64,000 nt of DNA from Minisyncoccota bacterium (GCA_041674105.1 JBAYWK010000001.1:1136-65135); one strand, 5' to 3'. Positions 12,267 through 22,560 are shown, numbered from the stretch's first letter. Numbers and translations are program-made. The notes: generated by a model from the sequence alone, not told the origin.

Positions 12267-13388
12267 TTAAATTACATCCACACCTATAGCTTCACTTATT
12301 TTTTTAAATCTATCTCTTTTCAAGAAATATACTAATCCTTGATTTATCTGGCTTACAACCTGTGGACCTTCATATATGAGTCCAGTCACAATTTGCACCA
12401 GTGTAGCACCAGATCTAATCTTTTTATAAGCATCTTCTGCTGAAAAAACTCCCCCACAACCAATTAAAATAAATCTTTTTTTGTATTTTCTATATATATA
12501 AGCCAATAAATCATCTGCTGTATTTTGAAGAACTTTTCCACTTATGCCACCGAAAGGAGGCACCACCTCCTCTATAATATTTAGACTATCTCTTTTTTTT
12601 GTAAGATTTGTACATATTATTCCAGAGACTCGGTGTTTATCTGCAATATCTAGTATGGTATTTAATTTATCTAAAGATACATCTGGAGATAATTTAATAA
12701 AGATGGGTTTGTTTGTCTCTATCTTATCAAGAGAATAGAGTAATTTTTCCAAGTTTTCTGGTTCTGAAAAAGGTTGTCCTCCTAAGGTATTTGGACAACT
12801 TATATTTATAGTGAAATACTGACCTATATCTACAAAACAACCAAAGGCTTTCCTGTAATCTTCTATGGCATTTAAAATATTTAAATTCTCTTTACAATTG
12901 GTCATAGCTACACTTGTCCCGACCGGAATTTTAAAATTTTTATCACTTAGATACCTTGAAATAAATTCAGATCCTTTGTTTTTTAAACCATAATAGACGA
13001 CCAGAGCTTTTGATTTGGGAAGTCGCCAAAGTCTCGGTTTTGGATTACCTTCACAGTAATTTCCAGTAATTGAACCGACTTCTGCAAAACCAAAACCAAT
13101 AAAAGGTAAGATGTCAGTCAAAACAGCATCTTTATCAAAACCTGCAGCAAGACCTATTGGATTTTCAAAGTCTAGCCCTAAAACATTCTGTTTCAATAAA
13201 TCATTTCTATAATTAAAACTAATACCTGTTATAAGACGCGAGATTTTGTACTTACCCAATAAATTGCCCAGATATACCATTTTGTCATGAATTACTTCTG
13301 GGTCATTTAGAAAAAATATTGGTTTTAATAAATACTTGTACAAGAAAGAAATTGTCCTATTTCTTAGTCTAACTAAATAATCCTTCAT
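12267..13388 (-). CDS. pyrD: Dihydroorotate dehydrogenase (class 2, quinone-type)
   Basis: GLAAGFDKDA, NISCPNT, LSPD and GIICTNLT motifs match the DHODH family 2. Confidence 0.8.
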   Translation of the reverse strand: MKDYLVRLRNRTISFLYKYLLKPIFFLNDPEVIHDKMVYLGNLLGKYKISRLITGISFNYRNDLLKQNVLGLDFENPIGLAAGFDKDAVLTDILPFIGFGFAEVGSITGNYCEGNPKPRLWRLPKSKALVVYYGLKNKGSEFISRYLSDKNFKIPVGTSVAMTNCKENLNILNAIEDYRKAFGCFVDIGQYFTINISCPNTLGGQPFSEPENLEKLLYSLDKIETNKPIFIKLSPDVSLDKLNTILDIADKHRVSGIICTNLTKKRDSLNIIEEVVPPFGGISGKVLQNTADDLLAYIYRKYKKRFILIGCGGVFSAEDAYKKIRSGATLVQIVTGLIYEGPQVVSQINQGLVYFLKRDRFKKISEAIGVDVI

Positions 13389-13419
13389 ATACTATATATT
13401 ATATACTTTTTAGGATTAT

Positions 13420-14271
13420 TTATGCATTATGAATAACTCTTTGCGGAAAAGGTATTTCTATACCTTCTTTTTGAAAAGCCAACTTTATCCTCTTTCTTAA
13501 CTCACCTGTAACGTCCCACTGTTTTAAAGGTTTTACATCACCTAGTATTTTTATAAGGATAGACGAATCAGCGAACTCATCTACTCTTAAAAACTTTGGT
13601 GGAGTTATTATACTATCTTGCCAAACAGGATCTTTTGCTAACCCTTCCCCTACTGCATTTACCACACTTATAACTTTATCTAAATCAGAAAAATAAGAAA
13701 CTTTAATATTCAAATTTACCCTAGCGAAATTTTTAGACATATTGGAAACTTTTTTTATTTCCCCATGCGGAATATGGTGAACTGTTCCATCTAAATCCCT
13801 CAAAGTTGTCATTCTAAGAGAGACATTTTCAACTAGTCCGCAGGTCTTATCGAAACAAACTACATCACCAACTCTGTATTGATTTTCAATTATTATAAAT
13901 AACCCAGATATAATATCTCTTATAAGGTACTGTCCTCCAAAGCCAATGGCTAAGCCTGTTATCCCAGCAGCAGCCAAAAGAGGTCCAATGTCCACCCCTG
14001 CTTCCGATATGGTCATAAGCAGAGCCACTGTCCAAATAATCAAATATATAGATGTATTTGATATTTGGATTAAAGTATCTTCTCTCTTTTTTTCTGCTTC
14101 TTTAGAAGATGTGCCTTGGGGTACAATACTTCTAATAAATCTCTCAATAAATTTCTGAACTATCTTTTGGATCAAAAAAGCTACCAATAATATTGATAAT
14201 ATTATTATCCCTTTATCTCCTAACCAACCATAAAAATCTATTTGGCTAAATTTATTTAAAATATCAATCAT
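13420..14271 (-). CDS. Small-conductance mechanosensitive channel (MscS family)
   Basis: TM helices followed by the MscS beta-domain motif VGDVVCFDKTCGLVENVSLRMTTLRDLDGTVHHIPHGEI. Confidence 0.8.
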   Translation of the reverse strand: MIDILNKFSQIDFYGWLGDKGIIILSILLVAFLIQKIVQKFIERFIRSIVPQGTSSKEAEKKREDTLIQISNTSIYLIIWTVALLMTISEAGVDIGPLLAAAGITGLAIGFGGQYLIRDIISGLFIIIENQYRVGDVVCFDKTCGLVENVSLRMTTLRDLDGTVHHIPHGEIKKVSNMSKNFARVNLNIKVSYFSDLDKVISVVNAVGEGLAKDPVWQDSIITPPKFLRVDEFADSSILIKILGDVKPLKQWDVTGELRKRIKLAFQKEGIEIPFPQRVIHNA

Positions 14272-14359
14272 ATGTACATATACTACTTATGTATATGTAT
14301 ATTGCAACTCTAAACAACTAGATATTTAAATTATATCTTTTATCTATTATAATGTACCT

Positions 14360-14893
14360 ATGAATTCTCAATCAAAAAAAGGGTTCACTCTTATAGAGCT
14401 TTTAGTGGTTATATCTGTTATAGGTTTATTATCTTCTGTTATATTATCCTTCTTAAATTCATCTAGAATAAAAGCGAAAGACTCTCATAGACTAATAGAG
14501 GTTAGAGAAGTTGAAAAAGCTTTAGCTTTGTATTATGACAAATACGGATCTTATCCTGTCTCAACTGGACCAGGAAACAACTGGGCAAATGATTGTGATC
14601 CAGGAGTTATTTTTGTAATACCAGAACTCATAACAGAAAAACTTTTTACAGGAGTTAAGGATTTGAAACCATGTCCTTCTCACTGGGGTTTTAGTTATGG
14701 ATCCAATGGAAAAGATTATAAATTTCTTATGCATAGCGAAGAATTTGATCTTAATTTAAATCATCTCATAGATCCAGCCACAGATGGTGGATCAAATAAA
14801 TGTATTGTAGATGGAACAAATATAGAACATTATGGAGTCTGGACTGATGCAGCTAGATGTTGGGAAGAAGCAAAAAATATACCAGGAAATTAA
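14360..14893 (+). CDS. Type IV pilin-like / pseudopilin protein with an N-terminal prepilin cleavage-methylation motif
   Basis: KGFTLIELLVVISVIGLLSS is a class III signal peptide. Confidence 0.6.
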   Translation: MNSQSKKGFTLIELLVVISVIGLLSSVILSFLNSSRIKAKDSHRLIEVREVEKALALYYDKYGSYPVSTGPGNNWANDCDPGVIFVIPELITEKLFTGVKDLKPCPSHWGFSYGSNGKDYKFLMHSEEFDLNLNHLIDPATDGGSNKCIVDGTNIEHYGVWTDAARCWEEAKNIPGN

Positions 14894-15405
14894 ACCTCTA
14901 TAAACTCAATATCAGAAGGGAGAACAAAGACAGATGGATCAACTACCCAACCTTTGCATGTGTAATCTAAAGATTGACCATAATCAAAAGATTGAGATGT
15001 ATTTGCCTCAGTTGCACCCTTAGATACTGGAGCTTTATAACCTTGAGAAGTCATATCTGTCCAAGTGTACACGGAAGTCTCATCGCTTATCATATAACTT
15101 CTTACTGTCATATTGGCCATAGAGACCTCTGAGACAAAATTACCTCTTACTTTTTGACCTGAAATATAAACAGTTCCATTTGAAGTACCAACACCAGTCG
15201 TATGAGAAAATGTACACTCATAATTTCCTCCTTTATTGACCAAATCCAGAACTGAACCAGTAAAAGATTCTTCTGTAGTAGTATCTACATTCCGAGCTTT
15301 ATCTTCATTACTTTCTGACTTACTGCCGGATTTAGAATAAATGAAAAATCCAATAGAGCCAATAACCAATATAACCAAAAGCCACATAACAATTTGTTTA
15401 ATCAT
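14890..15405 (-). CDS. Hypothetical membrane-anchored protein
   Basis: 171 aa with an N-terminal TM helix; no recognisable family. Confidence 0.35.
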   Translation of the reverse strand: MIKQIVMWLLVILVIGSIGFFIYSKSGSKSESNEDKARNVDTTTEESFTGSVLDLVNKGGNYECTFSHTTGVGTSNGTVYISGQKVRGNFVSEVSMANMTVRSYMISDETSVYTWTDMTSQGYKAPVSKGATEANTSQSFDYGQSLDYTCKGWVVDPSVFVLPSDIEFIEV

Positions 15406-15444
15406 TTTTTAATTTTAATTTATAACAAAAACTATTATATCAAA

Positions 15445-15966
15445 TTATTGATTCTGAAAAAATATGGGCATTGAAACAGAATCTGCATTTTCAGGCAACC
15501 CAGAAGGATTATCTTTCTCAAAAACTAAATAACCAATATCTGAATCAGGATTACTAAATTCAATTTTTACTTCAAAAGGAACATAGTTTTCTACCATCCA
15601 ATTACTTTTAGCCTGTGCTATTCCTACAGCCAACTCATTACCATCTTCATCTAAGAGTCTTACAGGAAAACTAGCTTCAAAAAACCAATATCCCCTAGCT
15701 TCACCCTCTATAATAAGAGGAGAAGAAACTCTCGCTCCAGAAGCTGGAGAAGCGACTTTGAGTAAATCTTTATATTGAAAAACTTCAATTTCTTCTACAA
15801 AAAGTTTCTCTCCGTCTCTACACTGCCTAGGATAAGACTCCATAACAGGGTTACCGGCACTGACACACTCAGTAAAACTGGTGACTTGTTTCTTTGGAGT
15901 CTTGAAAACATACACTAATAAAAGTGCAATAATAATTAAAATCACGATGTATAAGATTTTTTTCAT
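15445..15966 (-). CDS. Hypothetical secreted protein, Gmad2-like Ig-fold domain
   Basis: N-terminal signal anchor with the C-terminal region SSPLIIEGEARGYWFFEASFPVRLLDEDGNELA, typical of Gmad2. Confidence 0.4.
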   Translation of the reverse strand: MKKILYIVILIIIALLLVYVFKTPKKQVTSFTECVSAGNPVMESYPRQCRDGEKLFVEEIEVFQYKDLLKVASPASGARVSSPLIIEGEARGYWFFEASFPVRLLDEDGNELAVGIAQAKSNWMVENYVPFEVKIEFSNPDSDIGYLVFEKDNPSGLPENADSVSMPIFFQNQ

Positions 15967-16057
15967 AACACAATTGTACCACTTATAGTCATAAATTGAA
16001 AATCTACAAATGAGAGGTATTTATATCATTTTTACTTACACTAAAGATTCTTTTCTA

Positions 16058-16801
16058 TTAAAGACTTTTTTTAAAGCCTTCTAAAGCCTTCAGGACCTCA
16101 ACAGGAAGCATAAATACAACAGTATTACTTTGGTCAGAAGACATATCATTTACAGATTGAAGTGTCCTTAGATGAAGTGCTCCGGGAGTATTAGATAGCA
16201 TCTGTGCGGCTTTTGCTAAATTCTGAGAAGCAGCTAGTTCACCTTCAGAGTTTATGATGACGGCTCTTTTTTCTCTTTCTGCTTCTGCTTGTTTACCAAT
16301 AGTTCTTTCCAAATCTGGTGGTAGACTAACATCTTTTAATTCAACATTTGAAACCTTTAGTCCCCAAGCATCTGTTTCTTTATCGACTATTTCTCTTATT
16401 CTATCTGCAATCTTATCTCTACTTGAAAGAAGTTCATCCAGAGTTACTTCTCCAACAATATTTCTCATTGTAGTTTGAGCATATTGTGATATTGCATATC
16501 TAAAATCTTCAACTTCAATAATAGCTTTTTCAGCTTCTGAAACTTTATAATAAATCACAGCATTTACCCTGACAGATACATTGTCCCTCGTGATAGCATT
16601 TTGATCTGGTACATCTACAGCTTTTACTCTAATATCTACCTTTTGATAAGACTGTGCAACAGGCCAGACTATTCTCCAACCAGGTTGCATAACAGAAGAA
16701 AACTTACCTAAAGTAAATTTTACTCCCCTTTCATACTGATTTATCTGACGAATACTTGAGATAACTAGGAAAAATATAACTAATATTATTGTGTACTCCA
16801 T
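16058..16801 (-). CDS. SPFH / band 7 family protein (stomatin/HflC-like)
   Basis: N-terminal TM followed by the band 7 core (DIRVKAVDVPDQNAITRDNVSVRVNAVIYYKV) and a coiled-coil tail. Confidence 0.8.
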   Translation of the reverse strand: MEYTIILVIFFLVISSIRQINQYERGVKFTLGKFSSVMQPGWRIVWPVAQSYQKVDIRVKAVDVPDQNAITRDNVSVRVNAVIYYKVSEAEKAIIEVEDFRYAISQYAQTTMRNIVGEVTLDELLSSRDKIADRIREIVDKETDAWGLKVSNVELKDVSLPPDLERTIGKQAEAEREKRAVIINSEGELAASQNLAKAAQMLSNTPGALHLRTLQSVNDMSSDQSNTVVFMLPVEVLKALEGFKKSL

Positions 16802-17124
16802 ATCATTTTATTTAGTGAACAAGCTAATAAATTATTTATAACCTCATTCTAACACAAAACCCGCTATAAAAGCGGATTTTGTGGACTAAACTAGTTTAGT
16901 TTGTACTATGCAGCAGATTCTTCTGAAGAAGCCTTAGGCATCCCTTCAGTGGAAACTTTCTCTTCTTGCCCTTCTTCTTTCTTCTTTTGTTCTTCTGTCA
17001 TAGGATCCATTGATGGATTTGTATTTGTTTCGTCCATAATTTTTATATAAGAGTTAAACTGACAAAGACGACCACATAAGAAACCATATCAAGATAATAC
17101 TTATTATGCAACCTTTTTTAGGGT

Positions 17125-18084
17125 TTATTTAAATATCATACTTCCATTTTTAGATTTTATATCTAAAATAAGTTCACCTTTAGAAGTAAAATTATAATAA
17201 GAAACATCACTTAGCATACCTACAAAATCACTTTCTTGTGAACCTTCACAATACATCAAAGTAGAAACCATCTGACTAAATGAAATATTTTGACCATTTA
17301 CTACATACTGTCCAGAAACAGAATTACAATCGGTCTTTGCAGAAAAATTACCATCCTTTGAAAAAGTGATTTTAAAAGAAGAGGGTTTTTCTGGTAAAAA
17401 CTCTTCACCATCATTGTAATTTGTCTTAGACCATGTCCACTCATGCATACCCAAAGTCATCCTCTGAGGATCAGCTTCTCCAGGAAAATCTTGCACCACT
17501 TCCCCAAACTGCATTGATGCAATATCTAATTTTAACCAAATACTTCTACCTAAAGAAGGAGAGGTTGTCATTGCCTCTCCAGGATTTCTGTCCATATAAT
17601 TAACCACAATAACATCTTTATGATTTGGGTTTTGACTTATTTCTGTAGTCTGAGGAGCTATACGGTCTCCCAATAACAAACCTTGTGACCCTACATAACC
17701 ATCTTCTTTATTCAAAGCGGCTACGACATAAAAAAATACACCGCTTCCACCTGTTTCTTGGGTCAAAAGAAAAGCTACATCTTCTCTACCGTCTTTATCA
17801 AAATCATACTTTACCTCGTTTCCAAAATAACGAGTTATTATTTTTGAAGCTGAACCTAGAGCTGCTTCAACTTCAGAATAACCATCTGAAAGTTTTACAG
17901 CTTGTCCGTCTATAATGTACTCTGCATCTTTATATGTTTTTCCTAAATTACCTTCTTTCTTACCGTACATAGTATTGTTTAGTAAAATAAAACCTAAAAC
18001 AACCAAAATAAAAACTACTACCAATATAACCAAATTTTTAGAACTCTTTTTTTGTGCATCCATATATTTTTTATTAAATTCCAC
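17125..18084 (-). CDS. Hypothetical secreted protein with a C-terminal META (HslJ-like/DUF306) domain
   Basis: N-terminal TM, with C-terminal KTDCNSVSGQYVVNGQNISFSQMVSTLMYCEGSQESDFVGMLSDVSYY typical of META domains. Confidence 0.4.
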   Translation of the reverse strand: MEFNKKYMDAQKKSSKNLVILVVVFILVVLGFILLNNTMYGKKEGNLGKTYKDAEYIIDGQAVKLSDGYSEVEAALGSASKIITRYFGNEVKYDFDKDGREDVAFLLTQETGGSGVFFYVVAALNKEDGYVGSQGLLLGDRIAPQTTEISQNPNHKDVIVVNYMDRNPGEAMTTSPSLGRSIWLKLDIASMQFGEVVQDFPGEADPQRMTLGMHEWTWSKTNYNDGEEFLPEKPSSFKITFSKDGNFSAKTDCNSVSGQYVVNGQNISFSQMVSTLMYCEGSQESDFVGMLSDVSYYNFTSKGELILDIKSKNGSMIFK

Positions 18085-18246
18085 TTTTAATCTCCTCCTT
18101 TATCTCTTCATCCTTCTTTTCTATAGTCTTGTTTACTATAGCCTTTTTCCTAGAAAAATCCAATAAAACGAAGACGACGAGACTAGAATTGTTGTCATGA
18201 TAAACTTATGATAACAAAAAAGACCTTTTTAAAAAGGTCTTTTTTG

Positions 18247-18678
18247 TTACCAATTTTTACAACACTCCACAATAGATTTGGCAATATTTTTAATCTTTTT
18301 ATTTGGAGAAATTAGGAAAATCAACCCGAAAAGTAACCATAGGAACAATAAGATAATAAATTCAAAGCCTAAACCATTTTTAGAAGACAAAACAAAATAG
18401 ATAAACCAAAAAAGTGTTACAAGAAATGGAAATTTGAATACATAATACTTTTCTAGAGCAATAGAAGATATATAGTAAAACAACCCAACAGCACTACCTC
18501 CCATCAGAATAGCTAAGGACAGGACATCTACATACTTACCAAGAAAAAACGGGATCAGGAATACAAGCCAAGTACTAGATACAGCAAAACAAATAGCACA
18601 TAATTTTTTATTTGTAACTTTTTTAATAACGATAAAAAAGATAAAAAATAAAAATAAAACACTAATTAAACCTGTCAT
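18247..18678 (-). CDS. Hypothetical polytopic membrane protein
   Basis: 143 aa with 4 predicted TM helices; it overlaps the upstream gene by 4 nt. Confidence 0.35.
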   Translation of the reverse strand: MTGLISVLFLFFIFFIVIKKVTNKKLCAICFAVSSTWLVFLIPFFLGKYVDVLSLAILMGGSAVGLFYYISSIALEKYYVFKFPFLVTLFWFIYFVLSSKNGLGFEFIILLFLWLLFGLIFLISPNKKIKNIAKSIVECCKNW

Positions 18679-19199
18679 AAAGAGAATAATTGAATTATCA
18701 TTGAGATAACAATTATAAAGCTAAAAGTTATTATTATTCCTTGATAAGGTATTACTTTTCCATCTCTGTATTTAGTTATAGATTTACTTATATAAGGAGA
18801 AATAAGTAGTATTATAACTCCCAAAGGCACCCCTGCAAGAAACAGATTGATTGTATAAGTATTATGGAACATAGTCCCATAATCCCCCCAAAAAGAGATA
18901 TACAGAGGTCCATAATGTTTTATTAGAGGCATTATTGGTAGAATAGCTGAGGCAAAAACAAGAGAGATAATCAAAAAACCTTGAAGATAAAAGTAATTCT
19001 TCTTCACAAGTTTATTTGTCCACATAGCCAAAGAGATGGCAAAAGCTCCTATTGTCAGACCAACAACCACAGAAGATACCCCCATAGAAGCAGCCAAGAC
19101 AGCCAAAGCTCCTGCTCCGGCCGTACACAAGGGACAATGAGCAAGACTCACTTTAGGAATAAAGGCAAAAAGAGCTGATAACAAAAATATTTTTTTCAT
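18675..19199 (-). CDS. Membrane protein with a CPLC motif in the first helix, possibly metal/thiol handling, in the copper cluster
   Basis: AHCPLCTAGAGALAVLAASMG at the N-terminus, then hydrophobic helices. It is adjacent to the DUF411 and copA genes. Confidence 0.4.
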   Translation of the reverse strand: MKKIFLLSALFAFIPKVSLAHCPLCTAGAGALAVLAASMGVSSVVVGLTIGAFAISLAMWTNKLVKKNYFYLQGFLIISLVFASAILPIMPLIKHYGPLYISFWGDYGTMFHNTYTINLFLAGVPLGVIILLISPYISKSITKYRDGKVIPYQGIIITFSFIIVISMIIQLFSL

Positions 19200-19203
19200 A
19201 TTT

Positions 19204-19695
19204 TTAATAAATCATAAATTCCCCTACCTCACCATCATTTCCTACAGAATATATTTTCCAATCAGAATTTTTAGGTCCTGGCATACCAGGAGAACCAGAT
19301 GGCATACCTGGGAGAGCAATTCCTTTTATGTAAGGTTTTTCTGCTAATAATTTTTCGACAATTTCTAGTGGTATGTGGCCTTCAATGAAATAACCACCCA
19401 CAACTGATGTGTGACAAGTTTGTAGGTCCATAGGAACTCCAAGTTTTTCTTTTATTTCCATTAAATCAGGAAGGTCTACAACCTTTACGTTGACACCCTC
19501 TCTCTTCATATATTTTGTATAAACATCACAACAACCGCATGTCTCTGTCTTATAAACGATCATTTCTTGACCAGAAAGGGCTGTGTAGGAGCTACTGCCT
19601 ATAGTATTTTTTTTAGATATGGCATTTGCTCCATACGCAAACCCAGCTAAAACCAGTACAATCAAAAATATTCTTATATATTTTTTATTTTCCAT
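19204..19695 (-). CDS. DUF411 family (CopG-type) metal-binding protein
   Basis: N-terminal signal anchor, then TCGCCDVYTKYMKREGVNV...LQTCHTSVVGGYFIEGHIP typical of DUF411 copper-resistance-associated proteins. Confidence 0.55.
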   Translation of the reverse strand: MENKKYIRIFLIVLVLAGFAYGANAISKKNTIGSSSYTALSGQEMIVYKTETCGCCDVYTKYMKREGVNVKVVDLPDLMEIKEKLGVPMDLQTCHTSVVGGYFIEGHIPLEIVEKLLAEKPYIKGIALPGMPSGSPGMPGPKNSDWKIYSVGNDGEVGEFMIY

Positions 19696-19734
19696 AATTA
19701 ATTTATTAAGTTTATAAACAAACCAATAAATTAA

Positions 19735-20118
19735 TTATGGAGATTTAGGATTTAAAATCCCTTTAGAAAATAGATATGAATAGTAATCTATTATTATTCT
19801 AAATCTGGAATAATTTTTAAATAATTTTTTTGGGGGATCTTTTATAATAAAAACTACAAACAACGGCAAGCCAACTAAAAGTGTCGCTAATAATTGAAAA
19901 ATCGGATTAAAAACAAAAGTTTTTTGCAATAGAAATATATGTTCAAGTGGATTCAATTGACATACAACATACTCTCCAACATTAAATGTACAATTCAAAT
20001 TATGGGATCCATGAGGCATCTGTAATAAAATTACAACACCGAAAATAAATATCCACAAAATAGATACTGAAATTAGAACAGAAAATGCAAACTTTGTTTT
20101 TATTAATTTATTAAACAT
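19735..20118 (-). CDS. Hypothetical membrane protein
   Basis: 127 aa with two TM helices and a His/Cys-containing loop; it sits between copA and DUF411. Confidence 0.3.
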   Translation of the reverse strand: MFNKLIKTKFAFSVLISVSILWIFIFGVVILLQMPHGSHNLNCTFNVGEYVVCQLNPLEHIFLLQKTFVFNPIFQLLATLLVGLPLFVVFIIKDPPKKLFKNYSRFRIIIDYYSYLFSKGILNPKSP

Positions 20119-20121
20119 TTT

Positions 20122-22248
20122 TTATAATTTTCGTCGGCGTAACAAAACAGCATTAAAGGCTACTATAACTGTACTAGCAGACATCAAAACTGCAGAAAAA
20201 GCAGGGTCTAAAAGTATTCCTTTCCATGCTAAAGCGCCAGCCGCAAGAGGTATAGCAAATATATTGTAACCTGCTGCCCACCAAAGATTCTGTATCATCT
20301 TTGAATATGTCATCTGAGATAGTCTAATTATTTTTACAATATCTCTAGGATCATTTCTCACCAAGATAATGCCCGCTGATTCAATAGCCACATTTGTTCC
20401 GGCTCCAATAGCAATACCAAGATCTGCTTGAGTTAGGGCTGGAGCATCATTTATACCATCACCAACCATTGCGACTTTTTGATTACGACTTTGCAATTCT
20501 TTAACTTTTTCGGATTTTTCATTAGGCAAAACTCTAGCAAAATATTCATCAATATCAAGCTCCGATGCCACCCATTTAGCTACATCTTCAGAGTCACCCG
20601 TTATCATGGCAGTACGAACACCGACTTCTTTCAATTTTGAAATTGCCTCCAGGGATTCTTCTCGAATAACATCAGCTAGAGCAATGGCACCTAAAAATGT
20701 TTTGTCTTTAATTGTAAATATTACTGTCTGACCTTTCTTGCCAGCCTCATTCACATTTTCCAAAATATCACTCGGTATAGTTATTCCAATACTTTCCAAA
20801 AGAGCAGGGCCTCCGATCATGACTTCCTTTTCATCTACTAGAGCTTTTACACCTTTACCTTGTATTGCTTCAAATTTTTTAGGTTCTTTTAGAGATAGCC
20901 CCTTTTTATTAGATTCATTTACTACTGCTTTAGCAATCGGATGTTCAGACAAAGCATTTAAAGAAGCTGCTAGTATTAGAGTCTCATCGACTGTATGACC
21001 AGAAGTTGCCCACATATCTATAACTCCAAATTCACCTTTAGTTAAAGTTCCAGTTTTATCAAACAGAACAATGTCAATTGTTCTTGCTGCCTCCAAAGCA
21101 ATTCGTTGTTTTACCAAAAAACCATTATGTGCCGCTTTGGTTGTAGAAATAGAAGCAACAAGAGGAACGGCAAGACCTAGTGCGTGAGGACAAGCAATAA
21201 CCAAAACGGCTACTAAACGAGCAACAGCAAATGAAACTTCAGCCCCAGCAATGAGCCATGCAATAAGAGTTATAACTCCTCCACCAACAGCCACAATAGT
21301 TAAATAAAATGCAGCCCTGTCAGATAAAATCTGAAGTCGTGATTTAGAAGCTTGCGCTTCGGAGACCATGCGCATAATCCCGGCAAGGAAAGTTTTATCT
21401 CCTATATTTGAAACTTTTATTTTAAGTGCTCCATCTCCATTTATCGCCCCGCCAATCACCAAATCTCCTTCTTTTTTAAAGACCGGTTTTGACTCACCTG
21501 TCATCATAGATTCATTTACATCGGACTCTCCATCCATAATAACACCGTCAGCAGGTATTTTAGTTCCTGGTCTAACCAAAACAACATCACCTTCTTTGAG
21601 TTCAGAAAGAGGGATATTTTCTGTTTTTCCATCACGAATAACTTCTGCGGTATCAGGAAGTAGTTTTGAAAGTTCCCTAAGTGCCCCTTGAGCCCCAGAC
21701 ACAGCGCGCATCTCAATCCAATGCCCTAAAAGCATAACAGTGATAAGAGTAGTCAATTCCCAAAATAGTGTTTCCACACCAGAAAATACAGCATACACAC
21801 TCCACAAATAAGCCGTCGAAATAGCAATAGCAATGAGAGTCATCATCCCTGGCAGACGACCTTCTATTTCCCTCTTTGCTCCAGCCAAGAAAATAGAACC
21901 TCCATAAAAAAATACAATGGAACCAAAAACTAAAGGCATAAATGAAAGTCCCGGAAATGTAGGTAATGTCCATTTAAAAATAGTTTTCAAAACATCAGCA
22001 TACAACAACACAGGAATAGTTAAAATTGCACTTATCCAGAATTTTTTTAGAAACATTGAAGTGCTATGTCCAGCGTGTTTATCGTGAGAGCCCTGCTCTG
22101 TCCCTACTTTTTCTTTTTTTGCAGGAACAAGTTGCATTCCACACTCTGGGCACATACCAGGATTTTCTTGTCTTATTTCCGGATGCATAGAACAGATGTA
22201 TATTACTCCCTCTTTTTCCTTTGTTAAATTATGTTGATGATTTTCCAT
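20122..22248 (-). CDS. copA: Copper-translocating P1B-type ATPase with an N-terminal CxxHPE(x)CPxCG metal-binding domain
   Basis: DKTGTLT, TGDS, GDGINDAP and a CPH transmembrane motif (VIACPHALGLAVP) are all present. The N-terminus reads YICSMHPEIRQENPGMCPECGM. Confidence 0.9.
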   Translation of the reverse strand: MENHQHNLTKEKEGVIYICSMHPEIRQENPGMCPECGMQLVPAKKEKVGTEQGSHDKHAGHSTSMFLKKFWISAILTIPVLLYADVLKTIFKWTLPTFPGLSFMPLVFGSIVFFYGGSIFLAGAKREIEGRLPGMMTLIAIAISTAYLWSVYAVFSGVETLFWELTTLITVMLLGHWIEMRAVSGAQGALRELSKLLPDTAEVIRDGKTENIPLSELKEGDVVLVRPGTKIPADGVIMDGESDVNESMMTGESKPVFKKEGDLVIGGAINGDGALKIKVSNIGDKTFLAGIMRMVSEAQASKSRLQILSDRAAFYLTIVAVGGGVITLIAWLIAGAEVSFAVARLVAVLVIACPHALGLAVPLVASISTTKAAHNGFLVKQRIALEAARTIDIVLFDKTGTLTKGEFGVIDMWATSGHTVDETLILAASLNALSEHPIAKAVVNESNKKGLSLKEPKKFEAIQGKGVKALVDEKEVMIGGPALLESIGITIPSDILENVNEAGKKGQTVIFTIKDKTFLGAIALADVIREESLEAISKLKEVGVRTAMITGDSEDVAKWVASELDIDEYFARVLPNEKSEKVKELQSRNQKVAMVGDGINDAPALTQADLGIAIGAGTNVAIESAGIILVRNDPRDIVKIIRLSQMTYSKMIQNLWWAAGYNIFAIPLAAGALAWKGILLDPAFSAVLMSASTVIVAFNAVLLRRRKL

Positions 22249-22249
22249 A

Positions 22250-22519
22250 TTATTTATTATTAGATAACTTATAGACTTTCAATATTTCTTTTATCGCCCT
22301 GTCCTCTTCTTTTTGCTTGATTTGGTCAATAACATGAGTAGACAAATGATTTTCAAGAACAATATTTTCTACACCGAGCAAAGCTTTTCTCACAGCATTT
22401 GATTGAGTAATTATATCTATACAATATTTATCATTTAAAACCATCTGTTCTAGACCCCTTACTTGTCCTTCTATTCTTTTCAATCTATTGACCAATTGTT
22501 TTTTTATTTCAGCTTTCAT
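22250..22519 (-). CDS. csoR: CsoR/RcnR-family metal-sensing transcriptional repressor. The start MKAEIKK is preferred; the ORF track extends to 22660.
   Basis: KKQLVNRLKRIEGQVRGLEQMVLNDKYCIDIITQSNAVRKAL is typical of the CsoR family (DUF156). It is immediately upstream of copA and 1 nt apart, and a CsoR-type operator overlaps its promoter. Confidence 0.7.
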   Translation of the reverse strand: MKAEIKKQLVNRLKRIEGQVRGLEQMVLNDKYCIDIITQSNAVRKALLGVENIVLENHLSTHVIDQIKQKEEDRAIKEILKVYKLSNNK

Positions 22520-22525
22520 CTTCCT

Positions 22526-22560
22526 ATTATACCCCCATAGGGTATAATAGGCAAATAAAA
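22526..22560 (-). promoter_or_regulatory. Probable csoR promoter (-35 TTGCCT, -10 TATAAT) with a CsoR-type operator palindrome ATACCC-N5-GGGTAT overlapping the -10
   Basis: The minus strand reads TTGCCTattATACCCTATGGGGGTATAATaggaagATG. The GC-rich inverted repeat resembles known CsoR operators. Confidence 0.55.
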
